Positions 1-14,645 of a stretch of DNA of 64,000 bases are shown here, in pieces (position 1 is the stretch's first letter; the number at the start of each line of letters is the position of its first letter). Location of the stretch: the NCBI GenBank assembly GCA_951406725.2, contig OX597817.1:112530001-112594000 (forward strand), written 5' to 3'. The stretch is from Octopus vulgaris (Eukaryota). Under the pieces are notes generated by a model. It saw only the letters and a program-made list of their open reading frames with translations, was not told where the DNA came from and searched no databases. A program made the position numbers and the translations under genes.

Positions 1-2558
1 GTAAATGATCTTAAACAAGTGTAAACATGTGAAAGGAACAATAGTCTTACTCAGTAATTATCTCAGAGTAACAATAATGGACTGGAATAAATGGTAGTGT
101 ACCAGATTAAATGCCTTATAGTATTCAATTTCAGGTCACTATATTTTAAGTTTGACTTCATCCATACCCTCGTTCAACATGACCAGCTGGCCCTCAAGTG
201 ACTTTTGTTGAATTCACTCTGTTGCAAACATTCAAACAAAGTCTTCAACTGAGGATAGTTTTCTCCTTTCCTGCTACCAATCCCAGAGGCCTAGCAAAGG
301 GAAATTTTGTGGAAATTACGATCTGAATTTGATTTCTTTCCACACATTCAGAGTTTAAATCTTACCAGGTTGAATTATATTTTAAACATAATAAAATAAA
401 TTACTGTAATATATATAGGCAAAATTGAATCTAGTGGAAGGAAAAACATAATACTTTTGTGGCACAATATGTATTGCTGAATGTAAAAATAAAAAATCCT
501 TCTAGGGTGGCTGAGACAACTATAAAGTTTAGTTCTGGCATAACAGTTTTAAGCAGATATGAAATTAGTCTGCCACTAGATAAGAAATCAGGTTCATGTT
601 GGTAAAATTCCAAATCAATATGATGAGAATTATTATTTTTATCAAAAGCTGTGCCTAACTATATCATGACCTTTCACAAAATTCACTATGTTGTCTTATG
701 TTACCAGTTGAGAAAAGTTTGCATGATCAACAACTTAGACACTTGGCTCTGTAACTTCTGTAAAAACTGAAGTTAAATAGTGGCAACAAATTTAATCCTA
801 TCTAAAACATTTATATTAATAAAATGAGAGCCACAGAGCCCCATTATTGCATTTAGATAAATATGTACAAGGTGAATTATTTATCACAGATAACATCACA
901 TAATATAATAAAAAAAACAGCAACACATTATCCAATTATCAAACCAATCAAAACAATAGACCATACCAGTCTAACTCCAAAATAACCAGATTGCCCATGC
1001 TTCATAAATATAGCATATCCAAAAATTTGCATTACACATTCAATGTCCAACACTTATAACAAGAAACTTATGTTTTGTATACTCTGTTACACATTTATTA
1101 GTTTTTGGTGATAAGGGTTGATAAAATAGTGTGAGGGTTACAAGTTTCTGGACATACTGTATTTGTATATATGTGGCGATTATACAATTTTGGAGTTTGT
1201 TTGGTGTGGTCTGTTGTAATTATGTTGCATACAATAGTTGGATAATGCATTGCAGACAGGGATTCTCTCCCAGAATCCCTGACAAAATCAGCTAAAGGTG
1301 CAAATGGGAATTCTTGGCAATTTAAAAACACTCATACACAAATATATACAAATCTATGCATGTAAATTATTAGCAACAGAAGCAGTACTAAAGCCAAATG
1401 GCAATCTTTATATCCAACCTAATATGGACATATTGTTAGGGCACTGAATACTGTGTTATTTACCTTGGGTGGACCTCTCATATGGATGAATGGTACATAA
1501 AAACACATATCATATCACTGGCAGATCAGAATTGCCAGATCCCATGATTTCTACATGCCTTGTCTCCTCAGTGGCTGCATACAGCCAAATCACTGTCAAT
1601 GATATATGGAATTTCAGTGACTGTTCAGGCACTGATATTACAAATAGCCAACAGACTTATTGAAAAATAATTAGCAACAGAAGCAGTATTAATACCATAA
1701 GGTGAACTTTATATCCATCTTAACATGGAGATATTGTTAGAACATCAAATATTGTGTTATTTACCTTGAGAGGACTTTTCATATGGATGCATGGAGCATA
1801 AAAGTACACATATGCACACACACACACACACACGAACATAGATATATACATATATATATTTGTATATACATATATCATAGGCATGCAGTCCATGGAAGCA
1901 AGACTTTCCTTAACAATTATAGAAACAAAATTGAAACTATACAACTTATTTTTCATAAGATCGTTCTTCTAATGTTCTGTAAAATTAATATAAACTACAT
2001 GACATCATATAGGCTTCAGACTTTTATTGTCGGAATTAGAATGAAATGACAAGCAGTGGCAGACAATACAAAAAATCTGTGCAAAGGAAGCAACACAAGT
2101 TGTTGCATCCCTTTCGATGTAACACTTTAACATTTTTTCCAATAAAAATGCTACAAAGACATTTTTTTCTAGTAAGAGCTGATAACGAATAGTTTTAGAT
2201 GCTAATAAATACTTATATACTTAGATTAAGTTTCTGTCAATTTGCCATACCTATAATATATATAATCTTACATTGTTATGTAACACTTACATAGAAAAGG
2301 GAAGCAAGTTGACTTTCTGCTTCCATCAGAAAGCACTGTAAAGATAACACAAGCGTAGTTTTCCGCATTTCAAATTACAAAACACCCTTAATATAAAATG
2401 TGATTTTTTAAAATTTTAAAATAGTTGTATAATATGAACATGTCAATTTGATTCAAATATCTATGTGACAGAAAATTTTGGTCATTGCTTCCCTAGCCAG
2501 AAAGATCACTGCACACCCTTAATATATATATATACATACATACGTACATATAAATATA

Positions 2559-2949
2559 CGAGCAAAAGGCCCCCCACCCCGTCCAATGGACGGTATTGTG
2601 TTGTCAAACATTTAAACCAAATTTTCTCAAAACAACTTGTCCAACCGTCCCATAGGCCTCCCCTTTGAGAAACACTGATTTCACCTAAATTTGAGACACC
2701 ATGCATTTTTCTTGTGTATGCATAGTATCGATCGCAACAGCTGATGTACTCGCACAAACAAATGCACGTTCTCATGGTTTTATCAATCACATTCTCACCT
2801 GGAATCGATTTTTGTAATTTTTTCAAGACTTATACACACCCTGATACTGTCGGTATCTACATATCAAATTTGAGTGCAATCAGATGGAGGATGCCCAAGA
2901 TCTTAGAAGACACACACACAGACAGACAGAACGGATTTAATATAATAGA
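2559..2949 (-). mobile_element. Non-autonomous Helitron (second family)
   Basis: Minus strand starts A|TCTATTATATTAAATCCGTTCTGTCTGTCTG. Subterminal hairpin CCGTCCAATGGACGG (~2579-2594) and CTCG|T end (CTRR variant). Confidence 0.65.
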
Positions 2950-4199
2950 TTAAATATCAATATGTACTTACATAATACACATGGTTCCCCTAACAGTTAT
3001 AGCTATTACAAGGGAGATAAACATTTCGTCACACTATAAGGTGGGATTAGAAATTTGTAATTGAAGTTTAGGAATTATAAGAAAAAAGATGCATAGAAAT
3101 CCCATAATTAATTTCCTTTTTTACCTATTACAAGGTTTTTAACTTTTCTAGTCATTGGAAATCACTTATAGCATTATTTTCTTCTTTTCTGAAACTGTCA
3201 ACTTGTGACTTATTAATTAAACATTTTATAAGTGAGACATTTAATTAAGGATTATTACAGTCTGGTGGAAATTCATGCAATATGCATTTTTTCTTCTTTT
3301 TTTCTTCATAGAACATGAGTAAATTAGGAATTAAGAGTATGGGGAGGAAGTTTTTAGTGTTTACATACAGAATAACTGTCTCCAGGAAATTGTACCTGAT
3401 GAAAATGTTTTATAGTAGCCAATAATTTTAGCAGCTATAAACAACTTCACAAGCCATTTTCCGATGTATTTGTTTGAAACTGTTATATCTTAGTTGTAAT
3501 CCTTTGTAAGCATACCGGAACAGATATATATTTATTAGAAACAGCTGTAAGACCTTTTATCTATAAATGCTCTAATATCTATACAGCCTTGGTTTTTTTT
3601 ATCTTATTACGCAAAAAATTCTTATATATGAAAACATACATTCATATATGTATGTACAATCATATATAACACGTTTGTGTATGCTGGGTTGTGGGAAAGC
3701 ATTTTGAAGAGAAAATAGTCTTAGAATAAAATTCTCCAGATAAATATGTGAAAACACATTAGGCTGAGAATAACATCATTGGATTGTAGGACTCAAGTAT
3801 TTCATCAACTACAAGTACCAAATCAACCTTTCAAAAACCCATAAGAACAATTGTTCTTACATATAAGAACTCCAAATCATGCATTTGCTGACGTGCATAA
3901 AGCTTGACCAAACTGGAATTAATAAACTAACAGTCATATGAAACAGCACTGAATAAAATATACATGGGTACAATCATATTTAACACATTTATGTACACTC
4001 AGACATGGGAAGACCTTTCACAGTAGAAACAGTCTCGGGAAAATAAATCTCCTCCCAGAGAATATGAACAACAAGTAGCATATTTGCTGTTGTACATAAA
4101 GCTTGGTCAAGCTGGAATTAATCCTAGCTTGACACTCTGAAATCAGCAACTTTAAGGATAAAATTATGTATACTCATAGTACAGAACCATGTAAAGGAA

Positions 4200-4800
4200 G
4201 AAATAAGTGCCAGAGCATCATCTGCTTCGCCCACATCCCTCCTGTTCAACATACATTGCTACTAGCATTGTAAAAAGACTTCTTAACATTAATAAACACT
4301 TCCCAGCTAATCATAGATATAGAAAATAGACACAATTTGAAGATTAGTTTTAGTTACACACCCAATTTCAAAATATTAGCTTCACACAAATAGACAGAGA
4401 AAGCAGCTGTTCTTGTTGAGATACAGAACTGTGCCCGCTGGATGGCACTTGTAAAACCATGATTAAAATACATGAAGTATTATTTAGAGCAACAAATACA
4501 GAAAACACTACCTGCATTAAGAAGTATGTAGGGATTACACAAAGCAACTTAAAGCAAGATATAACGATTATACCTTCTCCTTCAGAAACTAATATAAACA
4601 CAACCTCACAAAGTTCTACAGCTACATCTGGGATTTGAAAGAGAGGTCTGTCAACCATTCCATCAAGAGAAAATATGTAAACATCACACCAACAATAGCA
4701 GAAGGTGCTGTTCTCTGTAATGCAGAAAAATGGCTTATTCTGAAGAGCTCACTGAACCCTAGCACCTAACAAAACTTTTGGAACTGCCTGCATACCACCA
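4200..4800 (+). mobile_element. Decayed Penelope-like retroelement fragment (linker and GIY-YIG endonuclease)
   Basis: Broken translation gives ...INKHFPANHRYRK..., SCSC*DTELCPLDGTCK...KKYVGITQSNLKQ...LCNAEKWLI, matching the PLE CxC...CPLxGxC...YIG...LCxxEK pattern. Confidence 0.75.
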
Positions 4801-5039
4801 AGTACATCCTCAGATTTTGGTCACAGACTACACAAAATGAGCAAGAGACTCTACAAACTATTATACCCAAATTCAAGTCATAAGAAATAATGGATTTCTT
4901 CAATACACCCACCTCCTCCAAACATAACACAACAGTTAAGTCATACTTTTTCTGGCCTCATTTTAAAAGGAAAGATTATGCATATTATATCTATTCATAA
5001 ATTTACTTGTTATTAATCCTATACAGACTTTTGGAGACT

Positions 5040-5530
5040 TAATGGTTTTATCTGAAGACTTATAATTTAGTTCCATAATCTGTCAATTATTGTTCATTGG
5101 GTAAATGCTTGGAAAAAAAAAATCAACAACTTGCAGAGTAGCACTGTTAAGGAAAGTCTTGCTCTTTTAAACAGAATCATAAGCCCTTTTTCTTATTCTG
5201 TTTTATTGTTTATGCATCGCATACAGTTAATGCTAAGTCAAATATAATCCAACCAGAAAGTTGGAAAATTGATCCACAATTTTGAAAAGAGACAGCTTGA
5301 ATTTTCTCAATGTAGATATAATGATATCTGCCCTGAGATAATTCAATTTCTTTTGTGGAGTACTGTTAAACCATACACGGTGCTCATAAAAGCTTATGTC
5401 TTTGTATTTTCATGATATGTTTTGGTAATCAAACAGTTGTGTCAATGCTTTTTCAATAATACATATGAAATATAATTGAGGAAGGTTGTATGTGCAATAC
5501 TCAAGTCTTCTCATGAGTATTGCAGCAATT
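5040..5530 (-). mobile_element. Highly decayed LINE (RTE-like) reverse-transcriptase remnant
   Basis: Minus strand shows xxEKALT (cf. DYEKAFD) near 5440-5460 and a QG-like motif near 5325-5335, with many stops. Confidence 0.35.
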
Positions 5531-6274
5531 GCCAATCGTTGCCTACTAACTAGTAAGATACCTCTGTAGTGATGGTATATTTGTGAGGCCCTGGTTTAGA
5601 AGTTCCAGGTTTTGAGGAGTGTGGAAACACTTCTTAGCCACTATTATTCCCAGGTCACAGAGTAGCAGGTAAGTTACCTTCTCAAGTCATACCAATTCAT
5701 AAGGGCCATTTTCCCAGTTTCATGGCATACATATTTCTCACCAAGATGGGATGCCAATTTGCTGGAGGATCACTCATTTTTGCTAAGTAGACTGGAGCAA
5801 TGTTAAATGAAGTGTTTTGCTGAAGAACACAATATGTCTCCCGGTCCAGGAATCAAAACCACAATTGTACAATCATGAGTCCAACACCCTAACCACTAAG
5901 CCATGCACCCCCACAGCTCAGAGTAGTATCATCTGTCAGGGTCCCAAGTATGGACTAATTAGCATATCAGGGCTTGCTTGCCTATGCATGTGAAGAGTGG
6001 ATCCAGTAGACTCTGCAGAAGAAGTATTTACAGTTCAACATTGGGAAAGATAGCTGCAACAACACATTGTAGAGTGCAGAGAGCAAGATGAGGAAAAAGT
6101 AAGAGATCTTGGGCCATCCACTGCATCTGTCTCCATCCTCAATCATCTTGAACTGGTCTTACCACTGGATTGAAATGGTTATACAAAAGAGAAGGAGGTT
6201 GACAGCATGCAACTCTTTTTCATTTTAAAGGAAGTCACAAGGCAAGTCATCAGTCATTTCAATATCTATCTTTT

Positions 6275-6489
6275 ACTTTTTACTTGTTTCAGTCATTTGA
6301 CTGTGGTCATGCTGGGGTAACACCTTGAAGGGTTTTAGTGAAAGGAACTGGCCCCAGGATTTTTTTTTAAGCCTGGTACTTATGCTATCAATACTTTTTG
6401 TTGAACTGCTAAGTTACAGGGACATAAATACACTAATAAAGTAGTCAAGCAGTGGTGCAGGTGACAAACACAGACGCAAAGATGCAAAG

Positions 6490-6531
<42 letters not shown>

Positions 6532-6770
6532 CACCATGATCACTGTGACTGACCAGGCTATCAGATGTTGTTACACATCGCTGGTCACAATGCGCTTCGC
6601 ACATACGAAACAAACTTCTTTCAGTTTCTGTCTACCAAATCCATTCACAAGGCTTTATTCAGCCCAAGGCTATAGAAGACATTTGCTCAAGGTGTCACAC
6701 AGTAGGACTGAACCTAAAACCATGTAATTGGGAAGCAAGCTTCTTACCACACAGCCATGCCTGCACCTGT
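6275..6770 (-). repeat. tRNA-derived SINE with internal (CA)n; abundant family
   Basis: Head GGCATGGCTGTGTGGTAAGAAGCTTGCTTCCCAA...GGTTCAGTCC. Related copies at ~8838-9050, 11710-12137, 13170-13600, 24540-24655, 29080-29465, 37050-37545, 40195-40490. Confidence 0.8.
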
Positions 6771-6791
6771 GTGAAGATTTTAATGAAAGTT

Positions 6792-6856
<65 letters not shown>

Positions 6857-7361
6857 AAGCTTTTGAGTATAACCACTCATTTGAGACTTCTGTAGTCATG
6901 AATCTGAAGAGTCAGTCTCTAACAATATATAAAGATGGTATCCTTATCCAACTTTTTCAGTAAATCATGCTTGGGTCAAAGGCACCTACTTTACTTGAAG
7001 TCTCACTGTCTGTTACATATAATGATATCTGCATTGAAATATTTTGATTAATGTCAAATAGGGTGCTTTTAAATAGTATACATGAATGTGTATAAGTGTG
7101 TGTACTTTTGTTGTCAGTTTATTATGAGTAGTTAACAGTATGTGGATTTGCTTTTCTTGCCATTAGTTTTTTTTTTCCTTTCTTTTTTTAAGGTCGGTTA
7201 CTATCATTTGACTATCTAAACATGTTCTATCAATCCATACACTTACTAGGTCAAACATGCACACATCCAAACACATACATACACACATCCAAACACATAC
7301 ATACACACATTTCCCATTGTTTTATGAACACAATAACATTTTCATTGAAATGGAATGACAC

Positions 7362-7393
<32 letters not shown>

Positions 7394-7395
<2 letters not shown>

Positions 7396-7650
7396 TGTGA
7401 TACCTGTGCGGGTGGCACGTAAAAAGCACCAACCGATCGTGGCCGTTGCCAGCCTCCCCTGGCACCTGTGCCAGTGGCACGTAAAAAACACTCACTATAC
7501 TCATGGAGTGGTTGGTGTTAGGAAGGGCATCCAGCTGTAGAAACACTGCCAGATCAGACTGGAGCCTGGTGCAGCCTCCTGACTTCCCAAACCCCGGTTG
7601 AACTGTCCAACCCATGCTAGCATGAAAAACGGACATTAAACGATGATGAT
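7394..7650 (+). repeat. SINE/LINE 3' tail family ending in (GAT)n
   Basis: GGCACGTAAAAAGCACC...GGAAGGGCATCCAGCTGTAGAAAC...AACGGACATTAAACGATGATGAT. Further copies at 10755-10997 and 54660-55098. Confidence 0.8.
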
Positions 7651-7651
7651 A

Positions 7652-8050
7652 TCTTTATATATAAAAGTGAAGTTGTGTGTCTGTCTCCTACGATTTAGAT
7701 TCCTAACTACTCCCACATTTTGCGGTGCAGTTTAACCAAAAGCGGGTATCTTATAGTCGTGATTCATATCGAGCCCTTCTGGATATTAGCGCGCATCTAC
7801 GATGAGTCTACGATTTTAAAAATAATTTACCATCATTTTTTTCCATTTTAATGCATTTTTTTCGCTATTATATAAGGGAAGTAACTCTCTAAAAATGTCT
7901 ACGATGAGTCAACGATTTAAAAAAAAATTTACCATCATATTTTTCCCATTTTTAATGCATTTTTTTGCTATTTTTTGGCTATAACTCTCTAAAAATGCTT
8001 ATATAGTTATTTCCATTACAAACCCGAGCAACGCCGGGCGATACTGCTAG
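7652..8050 (+). mobile_element. Non-autonomous Helitron
   Basis: A|TCTTTATATATAAAA...TGTCTGTC 5' end, 3' hairpin CCCGAGCAACGCCGGG then CTAG|T terminus. Inserted in an AT site without a TSD. Confidence 0.85.
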
Positions 8051-9044
8051 TATATATATAAAGGGAAACAGAAGTAAAGTTACACAAAGTAGAATTAAAA
8101 TTTATACTACTTATAGCATTTGTATATAGCTATATACATTATATGCATGCTTCTGAGCTCAAATGTAGTACCAAAGATGTGAGGCATCATCCCCATCAAT
8201 ATATAATTGAATTAATTTAATGGGCTCATGCTGCAGAACTCATTAGATACTATTTACCTTAAAATAGCACTAAGTATCTAAGTCTGGCAAAGTCTCCTTC
8301 TCACCAGAACTAACCACAGCTGATTTCTTCCAGAAAGAGAGAGAGAGAAATGTGAAATGAGAAAGTGGGAGAAACATCAACTGATATGTTATTTATTGGC
8401 TCCAAAGAGAGAAAGAATAAAAGTGAACTCAGCATGACTTGAACTCAGAGTGCAGAGAAGAGATAAATTATTTTATCCATTGTCTCAATAATTCTGCCAA
8501 TACTTGTATGTATGTATGTATGTTGCTTCCTTGGAGGACTGTGGTGAAGGAAGAAAGAGCTTCGCTAGAGAGCAGCTACAGAAACAAAAAAGTTGAGAAG
8601 TGTCAGTGGCGAAAGGAAAACAACAGAAATGCAGAGTGCCAAGCCATCCTCTTGGTATGCAAGTACTGTGACAGAAACTGCGCTTCAATCATAGGAAGAA
8701 TCAGCCATGAATGAAGATGCAAAAAAAGGAGCCTCTGATATGTTCGATTAAGTGACCCCAAAGTTAAATTGACTGTCTACATAGACGAAAAGGGCCAATT
8801 ATTATTATCATATATATATATATATATATATATTATCTTTTAATCTTTTACATGTTCCAGTCACTAGACTGCAGCCATAATAGGGCACTGCCTTGAGGAA
8901 TTTTAGTCAAACTAATATCAACCCCAGTACCTATTTCTTTTCTAAACTTAGTTCTTATTCTATCAGTCTCATCTTTCGAACTGCTAAGTTATGGGGACAT
9001 AAACACACCAACACCAGTTGTCAAGTGGTTGTGGGGGACACACG

Positions 9045-10158
<1,114 letters not shown>

Positions 10159-10160
<2 letters not shown>

Positions 10161-10268
10161 TCTGTCTATTTTATCTAATCTTATTCATTTCATATCATTT
10201 CTCCTCGTATTAATCAACATTCGTATCTTCGCGCCATCTTGAAGCCTTTTCTCTCTAATTCACATGTA

Positions 10269-10304
<36 letters not shown>

Positions 10305-10503
10305 TACAAGCTGTGAATTTCCGATTGCAAGCAAGATAGGTGTTTTGAATTGCTATTTTCAACTCTTTACTGACCATTCATAATTTTATCGTCTATCTTT
10401 GACCATTCATAATTTTATCAAATTTCTCTATCTGTCTATTTTATCTAATCTTATTCATTTCATATCATTTCTCCTCGTATTAATCAACATTCGTATCTTC
10501 GCG
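10159..10503 (+). repeat. Exact 75-bp direct duplication (10159-10233 / 10429-10503)
   Basis: TATCTGTCTATTTTATCTAATC...TCGTATCTTCGCG occurs twice identically. Confidence 0.9.
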
Positions 10504-11206
10504 GTGCACCCGCCCTACCCACCCCCACCACCAATACTGGATATCTATATTTTTGCTCCATCTATACCGGATGTCGCTTCTTCCACCACCATTATAGGTG
10601 TCTACTCTTCGAACCCCCCCCTCTTCAATATGCTATTTCACCATGCATTACCCCTCTCTCGATATCCTACGTTCTACTTGCCTAGAACCTGTCATCATTT
10701 CTCTGAACCACCTCTCCCCACTGGTGCTTCCCTATATTTCTGCCCCCCCCCTGTCACATAAAAAGCACCATCCGAACGTGGCCGATGCCAGACCCCTCTG
10801 GCACCTGTGCAGGTGGCACGTAAAAAACACCCACTACACTCGCGGAGTGGTTGGCGTTAGGAAGGGCATCCAGCTGTAGAAACACTGCCAGACTAGACTG
10901 CAGCCTGGGGCAGTCCCGAGCTCCCCAGACCCCGGTCGAAACCGTCCAACCCGTGCTAGCGCGGAAAACGGACGTCAAACGATGATGATGATGATGATAT
11001 ATATATATACATATACATATATATACATATACATATACATATATATATATACATATACATATATATATACATATACATATATACATATACATATATATTT
11101 CAATAATAATAAAAGGGTAAAATTAATTAATTAATTAATCAATTAATTAATTAATAATTTTAACAAGTAGTTCGATATGTTAAAATAGCCTTTTTGGGGT
11201 AACATT

Positions 11207-11688
11207 ATACAAATATTCTATAATTATAAGCATAATTATAATCAGGGGTCAGCTAATTGCTTTGCCACATACCAGATTTAGAAATAGCAGTTAAAATACC
11301 ATTCCGCTAACATAAATATCTTCCAGACAGTAACACACTTTTTTTATGTAGGCAAAGAGAAAAAATAACGAATCCACAGCACTGTTTAAATATCCATACA
11401 TATTTAATTCTAACACTCTCAAATTTATATTTGAAATGCTGCACTGATGAGGTGAAATAAGTAAGTAAATATAACTTTACTTTAATCCCAAAATGCGTCA
11501 GTAGCTAATCTAAGTTGTGTGGATTCGTTATTTTTTCTCTTTGCCTATGTAAAAAAGTGTGTTACTGTCTGGGAGATATTTATGGTGGCGGAATGGTATT
11601 TTAACTGCTATTTCTAAATTTGGTGCATGGCGAAGCAATTAGCTGACCCCTGATTATAATTATGCTTATAATTACAAAATATTTGTAT
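11207..11688. repeat. Long inverted repeat (~175-bp arms, ~130-bp spacer), Penelope-like inverted pseudo-LTR
   Basis: 11207-11383 is the near reverse complement of 11513-11688. Confidence 0.9.
11438..11505 (+). ncRNA. Degenerate hammerhead ribozyme motif in the loop of a long inverted repeat
   Basis: GCTGCA-CTGATGA-GG...AAGTAAA-TATAAC-TTTACTT...CCC-AAAA-TGCG-TC-AGTAGC. CAAAATGCGTC equals CGAAACGCGTC after two CpG deaminations. Confidence 0.55.
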
Positions 11689-14518
11689 TTAAAAAAAATT
11701 TTTTTTTTTTTACTTGTTTCAGTCATTTGACTGCGGCCATGCTAGAGCACCGCCATTAATCGAGCAACTCGACCCTGGGACTTATTCTTTTGTAAGCCCA
11801 GTACTTATTCTATCGGTCTCTTTTGCCGAACCGCTAAGTGGCGGGGACATAAACACACCAGCATCAGTTGTCAAGCGATGTTGGGGAGACAAACACAGAC
11901 ATACAAACATATACGCACATATATATATATATATACATATATACGACAGGCTTCATACAATATATACACAATATATTTACAATATATATATATATATTCA
12001 ATTTCTGTTTATCAAATGCACTCACAAGGTTTTGACTGGCCTGAGACTATAGTAGAAGACATTTGCCCAAGGTGCTATACAATGGGATTGAACCTGGTTG
12101 GGAAGTAGACTTACTACACAGCCACTCCAGCACCTACACACATAACAATCATCATGAATATGTCTGTTTTTCCACACTTGTATGGATAGACAAAACTTCT
12201 TGACGCAGACTTTCTGAATACTCTTCCTTTTTCTAACACCCATCCCCACTTGTTTCACAAATAAAGTATTTTTCATTCCAGAGGCCATTACACATCTGCC
12301 AAACTATGGGATATTATTTACAGGAAAATGTAAACAATGTCTCAATGTCCGTATTTTATGCTCAGATAGTATTATTTATGACATAATGTCGAACTGACAT
12401 TTACAACACATACTCACAAACACACACAACCAACAGGCTCCTTTTGATTTCTTTTTATCAATTTCACTGATAAGACATAGATTGATCTGAGGTGATACTA
12501 GTAGAAGACATTTGCCCAAGATGTCACACTGCAAAACCAAACCTGAAACCAGATGAATGCGATGTGAATTTGGTAACCACACAGCTATGCCTTCACATGT
12601 GTGTGTTGAGAGATTAAAATGCTGATGAACAGGATGTAAGCAGATGGAACATTGAACACTAATGTAAATGACATCAACTACTTGAGTTTATGTATATGGA
12701 GTAGCAGAGCCATTCCATATTATTATTACAGATTTCTCCAGTTAGTACTACAACACATTACATTACACTATATACTTTCTATAATTAATATATACTTATT
12801 GTAAGGCAGAATCGTTAGCATGCCTGGCAAAATGCTTAGTGGCATTTCATTCATCTTTATGTTTTAAGTTCAAATTCCACCAAGGCTGACTTTGCCTTTC
12901 ATCCTTTCAGGGTTGGTAAAATAAGTACCAGTTGAACAGTAGGGTTGATTTAATTGACTAGGCTTCTCTCTCAAATTTGTTGGCTTTGTGCCAAAATTTA
13001 AAATCAATATATTATTATTTATGTCTGAGGTGCGATGGCAGGGAATTAGAGTTACCTTACTCAGTTTTTTCAGTTGAAATATTGGGTAGATCTGGTTTCT
13101 TGTATGTGTACTGCTTTAGGGACTTGTCAAAATGTCATACAATGTAGCTGTGTTGTGGAATGTCATGACTAGGTGCAGGCATAGTTGTGTGGTTAAGAAG
13201 TTTGCTCTCAAACTACATGATTTTATGTTGTCTCAATGCATGGCACCACAAGCATCTTCTAGTATAGGTTCAGGTTGACCAAAGCTTCGTGAGTAGATTT
13301 GGTAGATGGAAATTGAAAGAAGTCCATCATATATGTGTGTGTGTGTGTTTGTCTTTCCTTGCCTTGACATTGCATGCTAGCTGTAAATGAGTTTGTCATT
13401 CAAGCATTGTCTTTCATTTCCATTTTCTGTGAGAGTATTTCAAGACAAGGGGAAAATATTACCTTGCCTGGAAACAGGTGAGAGTTGGCAACATGAAGGG
13501 CACTGAGCCATTGAAAATTTACCTTAATAAATGCCATCCAACTCATGCAAGCATGAAAAAGTGGATGTTAAAACAACGATGATGATGATGATGATGATTG
13601 TTTCCTTGCTACCTGCTACAAAAACACAGCAACAGCACCATTTTGTTCAAAAGGTAAGGCCAAGAAGGTTTTGAAATCTTAATGGACTTAGCATTATTGA
13701 TCCAAACTAAATACAAAGAATAAAGAAATTTGAATAGAATCAATAATATAAAAGACTAAACTTAAGCACATCTGTGTATTCAAAACATCATAATTAGAAA
13801 AAAAAAATCGAAGAAGCTCAGTCAAACACAAGCCTGCACGATCAATTGATTTTTGGCTGGTAGTAAATTTCAAAATTAAATGGAAAATAAGCAAAGGGAA
13901 AGTTAGATAAGGGGTGAAGTACAGAAACATCATCATCATCATCATTTAAATGTCCACTTGAATGATGTATGCAAAACAATCTTAACTGAGATTTCTGTAT
14001 GGTACCAGAGGACAAATATGTCAAAACAAATTTTATTGTATACCAGAGAAATATTGTATAACAGAAAAGTGCCTTAATAGAATTATCACAGGATATTCAT
14101 CTTTAAACTGTAGACATAACTGAGTGGTTAATAAGTTTGCTATACAAGCACTTGGGTTTCAAGTCAGTTCTATTATAAAGCATCTCGGGCAAGTATCTTC
14201 TACTATGTATTATTTATAGCATCATCTGCTTCAAGTTTCACCATTTCAAAACATGAATTAGTTCACATTCTCTCGCAGTTTCTAAATTCTTATGTTGCCA
14301 ACAACAAACAATTCTTGATGATTAAAACAAAGTTTCTAAAATGAAAGGAGAAATTCAAAGGATTGCTTTGGTCTAATGGTAGAACATCTGTCATATCTAC
14401 TGACGATGCAGGTTCAAGTCCCATAGGTAGCTTTCAACTCTTTATCCCAAGTGTTTTTTAACCCAATATTTACACTTATTTATAGCTTTATCAGCTTTCA
14501 GTTTCCCCTATATATAAA

Positions 14519-14645
14519 TTAGGAAGTTAAAATTTATGGTTGGTCATAGAGTGATGATTGGTTTTGCACCTATAAAGTGCTTAACAGAATAGGTGACTCA
14601 ACAGTCACCTATGCTGCTCACCAGTCATAACTTTTAACTTCCTAA
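14519..14645. mobile_element. Tiny MITE-like element with internal hairpin
   Basis: TIR TTAGGAAGTTAAAATTTATG / CATAACTTTTAACTTCCTAA and an internal perfect 10-bp stem ATAGGTGACT-CAAC-AGTCACCTAT (14589-14612). Confidence 0.55.

Noticed and set aside
431-1331. Short minus-strand ORFs as candidate exons of the SAMD1-like gene
   Set aside because: No recognisable domain and no convincing splice boundaries.
14360-14432. tRNA-like A/B boxes
   Set aside because: No convincing acceptor or anticodon stems; treated as a SINE head or pseudo-tRNA. The same applies to 36645-36712.
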